Source: Spirochaetota bacterium
GTDB lineage: Bacteria > Spirochaetota > UBA4802 > UBA5550
Length of the DNA stretch: 64,000 nucleotides
Assembly: GCA_963664815.2 (NCBI GenBank)
Contig: CAXXHB010000003.1
Coordinates: 256,001 to 320,000 of the forward strand
Reading direction: 5' to 3'
Shown: piece after piece, positions 49,421 through 58,377 of the stretch
Layout: each line of letters opens with the position of its first letter
Position numbering within the stretch: the stretch's first letter is position 1
Notes under the pieces: generated by a model
The model's database searches: none
What the model was told of the DNA's origin: nothing
Seen by the model: only the letters and a program-made list of their open reading frames with translations
Position numbers and translations under genes: made by a program

Positions 49421-51367
49421 ATGGAGAATATGATGTATAATAAAATATCAGGCATAATGTTTCTGTTATGCACTTTAATTCTTACAGTACAGTCTTTCGG
49501 GGCTGAAACGGATTCCAGCAGTTCCGGTGTTGTTTTTACCAATGATCCAATAATCATTTCTGCTACTAGATATGAGACTTCAGTTTCGAAAGAGGGGAAG
49601 GATATCTCTGTAATTACAGAAGATGATATTAAAAAAAGCGGTAAAAAAAATCTGGCAGATGTACTTGAAACAGTACCGGGATTAACAATAACCAGGGCAG
49701 GATCTGACGGAGGGGTAACCAAGGTTTATATACGTGGTGGGAAAAGCGCCAATGTACTTATAATGATTGATGGTGTAAGAATTTCAGATCCAATAGGCAT
49801 AGAGAAACTTTACGATATTTCGGGGATAATGACTACAAATATTGAGAGAATCGAAATCGTTAAAGGAGCAATGAGTGCAATGTATGGCGCCGAAGCGTCT
49901 GGCGGTATCATCAATATTATTACAAAAAAAGGTACAGGAAGGAAAGTGGTAATTACCGGAGAGGCTGGTTCGAACAAAACGTTTATTGAATCTGTTTCAG
50001 TTAGTGATATAACTGATCAGACTTCAGTAATGTTTGCAACGTCACATAACAGCAGCGAAGGTTATTCAAGTGCGAAGAAAAGTTCTTCAATTTCATCGTA
50101 CGATAATGACAGTTATGAGAATTTAACAGCCTCGGGCAAGATGGAAACAAGGTTTGAAGGGAATGCTTTACTTGATTTTACAATAAATTACACGGATTCA
50201 AAACTGGATTCTGATGACGGTTCGTATCAGGATGACCCGAACCATGTTTATTCCAGTAAGCTTTTCACATCAAGGGGGGAGTTTCGTCACTCGCCTGTAT
50301 CATGGTGGACGTACAAAGGCGGTGTTTCTTATATGTCTTATGTAAGGGAGGATATTGATCCGGCAGATTCAACTGATACGACAGAAAATGATGCATACAC
50401 ATATAATGGGAAAAACATGAATTTTGATCTGATAAATATTTTCAATATTATGGATTTTAATATTTTGTCTGCAGGGGTTGAGCTTCTTAAAGAAAAGGGA
50501 GGAAGCACTTCGGCATATTATAGTACATGGCCGACTGCGGGTTATACAACATCTATCTTTGAAGAGAAAACAGTGAGTACAGAAAGTTTTTTTGTTAATG
50601 ATTCGATTTCACTTGGGAAAATACTTTTTATTAATGCCGGAGCCAGAGGAGATAATCATGGAACATTTGGTATACATTACACATGGGATGCTTCTGCTGC
50701 CGTTGTTATACCTGCTACAGAAACAAAGTTTAAAGCATCATCCGGCACAGGTTTCAGGGCGCCATCTCTTTACGAACTTTATGATTCATACTCCGGAAAT
50801 GCCGCACTTGGGCCGGAGAAGACATTTGTTTATGACGCCGGAGTATATCAGGAACTGTTTGACGGAGCGTTCTCAATAGACTGTACATATTTTGTGCAGG
50901 AATATACTGATATGATTGATTACAATTATTCAACCTGGAAGTATTATAATGCTGAAGGGGAGATAAAAGATCGTGGAGTGGAAGTTACATCCACAGTTAA
51001 AATTGCCGATGTTTTTAAAATAAATTATAGTTATACCTGGCTTGATTATATTGAAACCGGGGGTAGTGTGATTCTGAAAAGACCTGAACATAAACACTCT
51101 GCGTCAGTAAACATGACTCCACTGAAGGGACTTAATGTAACAGTAATATATCTTTACGTTGGTAAAAGATATGATTATCTTACCGCGACATCTGATGTAA
51201 AGCTCGACCCATATCATAAAATTGACATGAATATACGTTATTCAATCAATGAAATGCTGACAATCACAGCGCGTGGAGAGAACCTTGCAGATGCCGTTTA
51301 TGAAGAGACATATGGGTATAACACAAAAAGACGAAGTTTTTATGGCGGGGTTGAAGTGTTGTTGTAA
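49421..51367 (+). CDS. btuB: TonB-dependent receptor, probable cobalamin transporter
   Basis: ISATR, VYIRG, VLIMIDGV, IERIEIVKGAMSAMYG..ASGGIINIITKK plug; TGFRAPSLYELY; under a B12 riboswitch; true start may be 49430 or 49433. Confidence 0.9.
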   Translation: MENMMYNKISGIMFLLCTLILTVQSFGAETDSSSSGVVFTNDPIIISATRYETSVSKEGKDISVITEDDIKKSGKKNLADVLETVPGLTITRAGSDGGVTKVYIRGGKSANVLIMIDGVRISDPIGIEKLYDISGIMTTNIERIEIVKGAMSAMYGAEASGGIINIITKKGTGRKVVITGEAGSNKTFIESVSVSDITDQTSVMFATSHNSSEGYSSAKKSSSISSYDNDSYENLTASGKMETRFEGNALLDFTINYTDSKLDSDDGSYQDDPNHVYSSKLFTSRGEFRHSPVSWWTYKGGVSYMSYVREDIDPADSTDTTENDAYTYNGKNMNFDLINIFNIMDFNILSAGVELLKEKGGSTSAYYSTWPTAGYTTSIFEEKTVSTESFFVNDSISLGKILFINAGARGDNHGTFGIHYTWDASAAVVIPATETKFKASSGTGFRAPSLYELYDSYSGNAALGPEKTFVYDAGVYQELFDGAFSIDCTYFVQEYTDMIDYNYSTWKYYNAEGEIKDRGVEVTSTVKIADVFKINYSYTWLDYIETGGSVILKRPEHKHSASVNMTPLKGLNVTVIYLYVGKRYDYLTATSDVKLDPYHKIDMNIRYSINEMLTITARGENLADAVYEETYGYNTKRRSFYGGVEVLL

Positions 51368-51374
51368 CGGGCGT

Positions 51375-51394
51375 GGCGGGTTGTAAAACCCGCC
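51375..51394. terminator. Intrinsic terminator hairpin
   Basis: GGCGGGTT-gtaa-AACCCGCC just after the btuB stop, between convergent genes. Confidence 0.75.
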
Positions 51395-51415
51395 TTAATC
51401 TGATTATAATTATCT

Positions 51416-51853
51416 TTATTGTTCCGGTTTTTCTTCCAGTTCATCGTATTCAGGCATAGGCCTGTATATTGCCGACGCTGTAATTCCTGCTATTATAAAT
51501 TCAACAAGACCATATCCGAACCATTGAAGAACAAGAGACAACGGCAGGGGATAAACAGAATACTGGTAGAAAACGCCAATACCATTTGTCATAAGGCAGA
51601 TGATGATACCGAATCTTACCCCTTCCATCAGTCCTCTCTCTTCATATCCTTTAATAAAAACAAACATCATGAGAAATGAAAAAATAAAGCTGCTGAGATA
51701 CATTATCCACATAAGTGACATCATGTCCGGTCTCCAGATATTTGTCATTGACATGTAGACATTCACAAGGATCAAGTTGTGTATAATAAAATCTAAAATC
51801 TGGAAAATGACAAATATTGCAAATCCTCCGGCAAGGAATCGTTTAACATTCAT
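51416..51853 (-). CDS. 4-TM hypothetical membrane protein (DUF1761-like)
   Basis: DFIIH...L...Y....WRP, GLMEGVRFG, YPLP; AGGAGG SD before ATG 51853. Confidence 0.75.
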   Translation of the reverse strand: MNVKRFLAGGFAIFVIFQILDFIIHNLILVNVYMSMTNIWRPDMMSLMWIMYLSSFIFSFLMMFVFIKGYEERGLMEGVRFGIIICLMTNGIGVFYQYSVYPLPLSLVLQWFGYGLVEFIIAGITASAIYRPMPEYDELEEKPEQ

Positions 51854-52239
51854 TGTATACCTCCTGTTTTTTGATATGTAACAAGTGTAAAGCATAATAG
51901 TTACAAGTAAATCTCATATATTTAATGTAGTATATTGCGACTAGAAAGCAAATATTTCTTTGATAGTTGCACTGTGGGTAAAACCTGATATATGCATATA
52001 AGACTCATTTTTCCCATAGGAATTATCTATGTAAAAAATGTTAAGAACGAAAGGTTTATCTGGCTGATGAAAAATAATATCCTACCTTCATTGATTAACA
52101 ATTCAGTGTATGTAATTTGCTTTTAAACAGATATATCGTTGTTATTTACCTGCACTTCTTATTGACTCTGATATTAAAACCTTTATATTAATATATGATA
52201 ATTGATGATTAAAAGGAATTATTTATTCTGGACGTTCAG

Positions 52240-53352
52240 GTGTTTATGAATAAAGATAAAGCTAAAATAACCGACAGGAATATCATTGAAGAAGTGTTTC
52301 AGAAACGCTTTAAAGCTTCAAGAGTTTATATTAAAGTATCTGATTTAAATATTCAGACAAGCATTTTTTCTTACATGAATGGTTTAATATTTGCAAAAGC
52401 CCCGGAAGTTGATGAAACATTTATGGATGTTATTTTTTATGTAAGAGATGATGAGGAGGTTTTTTTCTGCCATGCTGCTTTTAAATCTGTAAATCCCGAT
52501 GGGATCCTGATATATGAACCTCTTGATATTCAGATTCTCAGTTTACCCAGAAAGGAGGAGAGGAAGGGAGTGGCGCCAGTTGAGAAAAGTGAAGGGGCTG
52601 TTGTGTATGTTTCAAGTATAATTTCTGATTTTACAATATATGAATGCATTAATCTCTCAAGGAAAAGAGTAGATTTAATTAAGGATGAGCTTTTAAAGAA
52701 ATTACATAATATCTATTCCAATTCAGAAATTGTTCTTTTAAATGACAAACCGAATGATCCCAGAATGTTATATTTTAAGAAGAGAAGAATGCCTTACTAT
52801 ATTAAAAATATAAAAGATTTGGAAGATCCAGAAAAAGTGAATGCTGACCAGTATTTAAAATATTACCGGGAATTTATTTTTAATAAAGAGACAATCGATA
52901 GCAGGTCGAAAATTGTTTCTGAAATATCTGTTCCGCTGCTTTATAAAATGATGATGCCCTTTGGTTATATTAAAGCTTCCAGCCGAAATGAGTTAAATGA
53001 TAAAGATTTTTCTGTTATACGGAAATTCGGCATGTCCTCATCAACCGTTTTTACAAATGATAAACACCTGATAATAAGCTCGGAAGACAGAATAGCGGTT
53101 ACTGATCTTTCATTAAGCGGTCTGGGAATTTTTTTTAAAGAGAAAGTGCTGATTAAACATTTTAAGGAAAACAGTCTGATTATATTCTCCATTTTTCTTC
53201 CGGATAAAAAACAGGCAACCATGCTGTGTGAGGTAAAGAATATTTCTTTGATAAAAAACTATATTTACCGTATCGGATGTGAGATTCTGAATATAGAAGC
53301 GCTGGGTGAGGTTTATTATTCGGAATACCTTGAAGGTATTGAATCAAAGTAA
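52240..53352 (+). CDS. DUF1577/PilZ-type protein (putative c-di-GMP effector)
   Basis: PRKEER (RxxxR) and DLSLSGLG (DxSxxG) separated by a GAF-like insert (SEISVPLLYK...PFGYI). Confidence 0.75.
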   Translation: MFMNKDKAKITDRNIIEEVFQKRFKASRVYIKVSDLNIQTSIFSYMNGLIFAKAPEVDETFMDVIFYVRDDEEVFFCHAAFKSVNPDGILIYEPLDIQILSLPRKEERKGVAPVEKSEGAVVYVSSIISDFTIYECINLSRKRVDLIKDELLKKLHNIYSNSEIVLLNDKPNDPRMLYFKKRRMPYYIKNIKDLEDPEKVNADQYLKYYREFIFNKETIDSRSKIVSEISVPLLYKMMMPFGYIKASSRNELNDKDFSVIRKFGMSSSTVFTNDKHLIISSEDRIAVTDLSLSGLGIFFKEKVLIKHFKENSLIIFSIFLPDKKQATMLCEVKNISLIKNYIYRIGCEILNIEALGEVYYSEYLEGIESK

Positions 53353-53486
53353 TATGTTAAATCCTTGCTATACATCTGTTTCAAATGGTGAGAGTTTCAG
53401 ATTGTTATAATGTGCAGGAGGGCAGATTGCCTAATACCTTTTCCTCATTGTTTCAAGTGTATCAATTGAACTTATGAGTATCTCCA

Positions 53487-54932
53487 TTAAAAACATTTCT
53501 CTGTTATTTTTGCGCTGTCCCGCAGAATCTTTCGCAGCATCCCTCTGAATATAACAACATGAAACGGGAAAAGACTGTACCAGTAGAACCTGCCGTAGAC
53601 TCCCCAGGGTATAAAATATGCCGTGATAAAGAGTTTATTGTCATCTAACAGAAACTCAAGCCATGCCTTGCCTGGCAGTTTCATCTGTGCAGAGAGCAGC
53701 AGCCTTTTCCCATATACAAGATCAATTACTGTCCAGAAATCTATTGAGTCACCAATACGGAGATTTTCACTTAATCTTCTACCCCGGTTAATACCTGGAC
53801 CGCCGGAGAATTTATCTATTACTCCGCGAATGTTCCAGAGCATGTTCATACTGAGCCATCCCCTTTCTCCTCCTATAGAGACGACAGACTTCCATACACT
53901 GCAGTGATTGAGATTGCTTATATCTGAACTGTATGATGCGACATGGGTGGCGCTTTCAGACAGTTTGGTCTTTTTCCCGGAATGGAACCATGCACTGCTT
54001 CCGTCTGTCCAGTGACTGACAATCTCATTAACCTCTTCCTCTGCAGCACGTTTTATAGATTCCATGTATGATATGGGATGTATATCCGGGTAAAACTTTA
54101 CAGCGTTTTCATTTTTTACGATTGTTTCAGTCTTAAGACCGGCAACAAGTGAGGATGCAAGTCTGAACGGGACAGGAGTAATAAAAACCAGCCAGTATGA
54201 GGAGAATTTGGGAGAAAAAAAAGGGAATGGTATAATCAGCCTGCTGAGAGAATAAAATTCAGCAGCTTTCTTCAACATATCAAGAAAGGTCAGTCTCTCT
54301 CCCCCTATATCAATTATGGTATTTCCACTGAATTTTATTTTAAGAGCTCGGGTGAGGTATTCTATTACGTCATCTATCGCAACTGGCTGGGTAAGTGTTC
54401 TTACCCACGCAGGTGCGATCATTACAGGGATCTTCTGCACAATGTTTTTAATAATCTCGTAACTCGCACCACCTGCGCCGATTATGACTGCGGCACGGAA
54501 CCATATTGTTTCAATCTGTTCCGGGTATAGAGAGAGTATCTCCCCCGTCTCATGCCTGCTCGCAAGATGTTTGCTGGCGGAGTCTTTTTCGCCGAGACCA
54601 CCCAGGTAGATTACACGTTTTACACCTGCGTTGAGGCACTCTTCGATGAAGTTCCTTGCGCTTATCCTGTCAAGCTCGGTGAAGTCCTTTTTCTTTGACC
54701 TCATTGAATGTATCAGGTAGTATGCGGTATCGATACCGTGCAGTGCCTTTTTAAGCACATTGCGATTAAAAGTGTTCCCTTCGACAATCTCAACCTTTGA
54801 GGTGATTTCTTTTTCAATCTGTCTTCTGTCTGTAACCAGCAGGCGTAGATTTATATTTTCACCTGAGTTCAGCAGGCTGTGTTTAAGTCTTCTGCCTATA
54901 TAGCCGGTTGAACCTGTAAGTAGTATATTCAT
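53487..54932 (-). CDS. SDR/NAD-binding protein with C-terminal DUF2867 (YbjT-like)
   Basis: TGSTGYIG, AYYLIHSM, HLASRHE, SIGGERGW, IDFW, MKLPGKAWLEF, YWYSLFPFH. Confidence 0.9.
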   Translation of the reverse strand: MNILLTGSTGYIGRRLKHSLLNSGENINLRLLVTDRRQIEKEITSKVEIVEGNTFNRNVLKKALHGIDTAYYLIHSMRSKKKDFTELDRISARNFIEECLNAGVKRVIYLGGLGEKDSASKHLASRHETGEILSLYPEQIETIWFRAAVIIGAGGASYEIIKNIVQKIPVMIAPAWVRTLTQPVAIDDVIEYLTRALKIKFSGNTIIDIGGERLTFLDMLKKAAEFYSLSRLIIPFPFFSPKFSSYWLVFITPVPFRLASSLVAGLKTETIVKNENAVKFYPDIHPISYMESIKRAAEEEVNEIVSHWTDGSSAWFHSGKKTKLSESATHVASYSSDISNLNHCSVWKSVVSIGGERGWLSMNMLWNIRGVIDKFSGGPGINRGRRLSENLRIGDSIDFWTVIDLVYGKRLLLSAQMKLPGKAWLEFLLDDNKLFITAYFIPWGVYGRFYWYSLFPFHVVIFRGMLRKILRDSAKITEKCF

Positions 54933-55126
54933 TTTTTAGCTTTCCCTTTAGAAAAACATCTTCATATTAAAGCAGAAGTTCCATAAAGTTATTGTAAATT
55001 CTTTTCTCGTCGAAAAGAGTGATATCATTTATTATGCCTCCGGCCATATCAGAATATTCACCGGCAAAGTAACAGTAAGCGGCATTGTTTTTCATATCCC
55101 CTCGCATCTTGATGGATTATATTTTT

Positions 55127-55705
55127 TTATTGCAGCTTTCTCAGCAATGCTGTCCGGCTCAGAGATATTTTCGGCTTATATACTACACTGAAGCCGGCAT
55201 CGATAAGTATTTTGATTGATTCGTCGAATTTTTTTCTGTTTACATGGATTTTCGGTTCGGCAATAAGAATGGCGGCGCCTGGTTTTATCACAGATTCAAT
55301 TTCTCTGATGAAAACCTTTTTATTATTTACCTCGTGATACATCCAGAAGAGTAATACGAAGTTGAATTTTTCTTCAAGTGAAAAGTTTATTCCGTCATAT
55401 AGTTTTATTTCAACGTTAGAGGTATTTTTTAAATCAGCTTTTTTCTTAAGTCTCTTCAGCATCTTATCCTGTATGTCAAGTGCAACAACCTTTCCCCCTG
55501 TACCGGTAATCTCAGACATGGGGAATGTAAAATAACCCATGCCGGGTCCTATATCGAGAACGGTGTCCCCGGGTTTTACATATCCTTCGAGTAGTCTGTA
55601 AGGATTCTGAACCAATCGCCTTAATGGATTATCAAAGGTAAAGCATAGCCACCACGGGCATGTATGATCTGCTTTTGAAAATAATCTCCCGATTACGTTA
55701 TTCAT
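55127..55705 (-). CDS. Class I SAM-dependent methyltransferase
   Basis: HTCPWW...DNPLRR, VLDIGPGMG, LDIQ..ML, HEV, IAEPKIHV. Confidence 0.88.
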   Translation of the reverse strand: MNNVIGRLFSKADHTCPWWLCFTFDNPLRRLVQNPYRLLEGYVKPGDTVLDIGPGMGYFTFPMSEITGTGGKVVALDIQDKMLKRLKKKADLKNTSNVEIKLYDGINFSLEEKFNFVLLFWMYHEVNNKKVFIREIESVIKPGAAILIAEPKIHVNRKKFDESIKILIDAGFSVVYKPKISLSRTALLRKLQ

Positions 55706-55823
55706 AATTAAATCCTCACTTGTATACGTTATATATTTCGAAACAATCAATAATAACTCCCTTACTTCTATAAGTAAAAGACATTGCTTACTAAAATAAT
55801 TTTCATTATGCTATAATGTCCAT

Positions 55824-57479
55824 TCAGGAAATATCGGTTTCAAATGTTATAATATACTCTGTGCCGCTGTTTCTGTCAACCATTATGGAGCCGTGAATCT
55901 GCTCTACAAGCATGGCGACCAGCTGGAGGCCGAAGCCTGTTGTATTATTAAATGTTATAAATTCAGGGAGACCGACTCCATTGTCGCGGTAGATAATTGT
56001 AACAAGACTGTCTTTTTTTAAAGCGCAGAGATATATAGATCCGTTTTCTCTTCCGCTGAAGGCATATTTCATGGAGTTGGTTATCAATTCGTTAATAATT
56101 ATGCCAATTGGTGAAAGATCTTCAACTCTTAATACAAAGTCCTGGATATCGATCTCTGCTTCTATTGGAACAGATTCCCGGAATAAACCGGTTATCTCCA
56201 TGGCAAGGCCCGGGAGAAATTCTTTAATGCTTAACTCCCGGTAATTATCCGATCTGTAGAGCTTGTCGTAAAGCATCATCATACTCTGAACACGGTTTGC
56301 CGCATCGGTAAGGATCTCTGTACAGAGCGGGTTTTCCTGTTTGTCTCCCTGCAGGAGAAGCAGAGCTCTTATGGTATTCATATTGTTTTTTATGCGGTGA
56401 TGAACCTCTTTCAGAATAAGTTCCTTTTCCTGAAGAAGATTCCTGATTTTCTTTTCGTCCTTTTTGCGGCCGGATATATCGCTGAAGCTTGATAGAATAC
56501 ATTTTTTATTGTTGATTGTTATCAGATCAGCCGAGAGAAGACCGGTAATTGTTTCCCCTGTTTTTTTCTTTGCTTTTATCTCAAAATCATGTATTATATC
56601 ATTATCGGCAAGGCGGCTTATTATTTTTGCACCATCTTTGTTGTTTACAAGAAGTCCGAGATCCGGTATGGTTTTACCTGTTAACTCTCCATTACTGTAA
56701 CCGCTTGTTTTTATAAAACCGTCATTGACCTCCAGTATTTTCCCGTCGGGATAATCTGTAAGAAGAATTGCATAAGGAGATGAATGAAAGGCCTTGATGT
56801 ATTTTTCCTCCTGTATCTTAACTTCTTCAAGAAGACGCCTTGTAACCATAAGAATAAGGGAGATTGTTAAACATATATGAAGTGACAGGTAGATTGCCAG
56901 CGTTATGGAATCAACAAATCCTGATTTGAAAAAATCATTTGTATCAGCGGGAAAAATAATATGCAGGCATGTTCGGATGATGCTGAATGTTGCATAACCA
57001 CTAACTATAAAACCGGATATACGGGTTATTTTAAACAGTTCCGATGGAACTCTGTACAGGAGGAGCCACGATATCTGGAGAGCAAAGATTACTATAGTTG
57101 AAGAAATGATAATCTCCCTGTGGGTGAAGTCGGGTGTGATTACACCGTAATATGTATATGTGAAAAAAAAGATCAGAAGTATAATATAATTGGGAACGCG
57201 AGGTCCTGGTCTATTGAGAAATAATTCCAGCCCGATTAAAAGGAAAACCGATCCGGCTATAATAAGTGAATTAGACACTACAATTGATATTAAGTCGGGG
57301 ATAATCCCGCGCATAAGGATCAGCCCGATTCCTGAGGTATGCAGGAACATGCAGGTGAGCCAGAAAGATATCCCGGCGAAACGCCTGCGGTACTGCATCC
57401 AGATAATAGTCATTGTTATAACACTGATAATACCCACTACGAAACTGATTAATACGAGTGTTCTTATATCAAAAACCAT
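55824..57479 (-). CDS. Membrane sensor histidine kinase (7TM, PAS, HisKA_2, HATPase)
   Basis: LKEVHHRIKNN, NELITNSMKYAF, DNGVG, GFGL; PAS EVNDGF...SGY. Confidence 0.92.
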   Translation of the reverse strand: MVFDIRTLVLISFVVGIISVITMTIIWMQYRRRFAGISFWLTCMFLHTSGIGLILMRGIIPDLISIVVSNSLIIAGSVFLLIGLELFLNRPGPRVPNYIILLIFFFTYTYYGVITPDFTHREIIISSTIVIFALQISWLLLYRVPSELFKITRISGFIVSGYATFSIIRTCLHIIFPADTNDFFKSGFVDSITLAIYLSLHICLTISLILMVTRRLLEEVKIQEEKYIKAFHSSPYAILLTDYPDGKILEVNDGFIKTSGYSNGELTGKTIPDLGLLVNNKDGAKIISRLADNDIIHDFEIKAKKKTGETITGLLSADLITINNKKCILSSFSDISGRKKDEKKIRNLLQEKELILKEVHHRIKNNMNTIRALLLLQGDKQENPLCTEILTDAANRVQSMMMLYDKLYRSDNYRELSIKEFLPGLAMEITGLFRESVPIEAEIDIQDFVLRVEDLSPIGIIINELITNSMKYAFSGRENGSIYLCALKKDSLVTIIYRDNGVGLPEFITFNNTTGFGLQLVAMLVEQIHGSIMVDRNSGTEYIITFETDIS

Positions 57480-57983
57480 ATGTTTTCCTTTGATTGAATA
57501 GCCGGCATATTGATATTAATAAAGATTTTATCATTTGTCAAATGCTGTGCTTAATTCAGATATGAATATTGTTTAATATTATAAGGGATAATCTGTCAAC
57601 GGTGTGATTATATAAAATTCACAATGTAATGCTTGTAATTGTGGTTAAATATAAATTTACAGCGATGATTTATAATATCCTTTTATTCAGACCCTGGTAT
57701 TAAATATTCGGTTCCGTTTTGATTTTATAATTGCCCGGAGATTGCAGATGAACTCTGACTATGGAGCACAAGTTGTATGCTAATGCGTATTTGAGCAATT
57801 TTTTATATTTCACGAGAAGCGGAGATTAATCTTACAGGAGAACTTTTTTAAATGGAGTGAAAAACTATTCTGAATATACTGAAAAAATCTGTAATTTACC
57901 AGCCGGAAAATCAAATAATCACTGGTTTTTCCACTACAGCCGGTTATTATTAAAAGAGAATTATTCCGGTGGAGAGATGATAT

Positions 57984-58358
57984 ATGGCAGCAGAAACTTC
58001 CCCCTATACTGTTACAATACCAGATGGTAAAAGTTATGTTTTAATTATTCTTAATGAACCTATGACACGGGAAATGACCATTAAGTATCTTGATGAGATT
58101 AAAATACTGGGAAAAGAATTACTCAAGCCGCGCTTTCTTTTCGATGCGCGTAAAGCACCAAACGTACGATCTACTCTTAATGACTATGAGATATATGATT
58201 TCTCAGAGGTTTTCGGTTTTCGTGGAGCAAGAATAGGTGTGATAGTAAAACCGGGTGACAGAAGTTATGATTTCACAGATACTGTTGCGCGCAATGCAGG
58301 ATATGACCATCGTCTTTTCACTAATGAACTGGCGGCAATGGAATGGATTGAGTCATAA
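57984..58358 (+). CDS. Small STAS/SEC14-like (SpoIIAA-like) hypothetical protein
   Basis: RFLFDAR, RIGVIV, YDFTDTVARNAGY..RLFT....AMEWI pattern. Confidence 0.65.
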   Translation: MAAETSPYTVTIPDGKSYVLIILNEPMTREMTIKYLDEIKILGKELLKPRFLFDARKAPNVRSTLNDYEIYDFSEVFGFRGARIGVIVKPGDRSYDFTDTVARNAGYDHRLFTNELAAMEWIES

Positions 58359-58377
58359 CAGGTGGCAGATGTTTTTT

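Noticed and set aside
54988-55095. 35-codon minus-strand ORF between the methyltransferase and SDR genes
   Set aside because: SD spacing is marginal and there is no recognisable motif; cannot be distinguished from chance.
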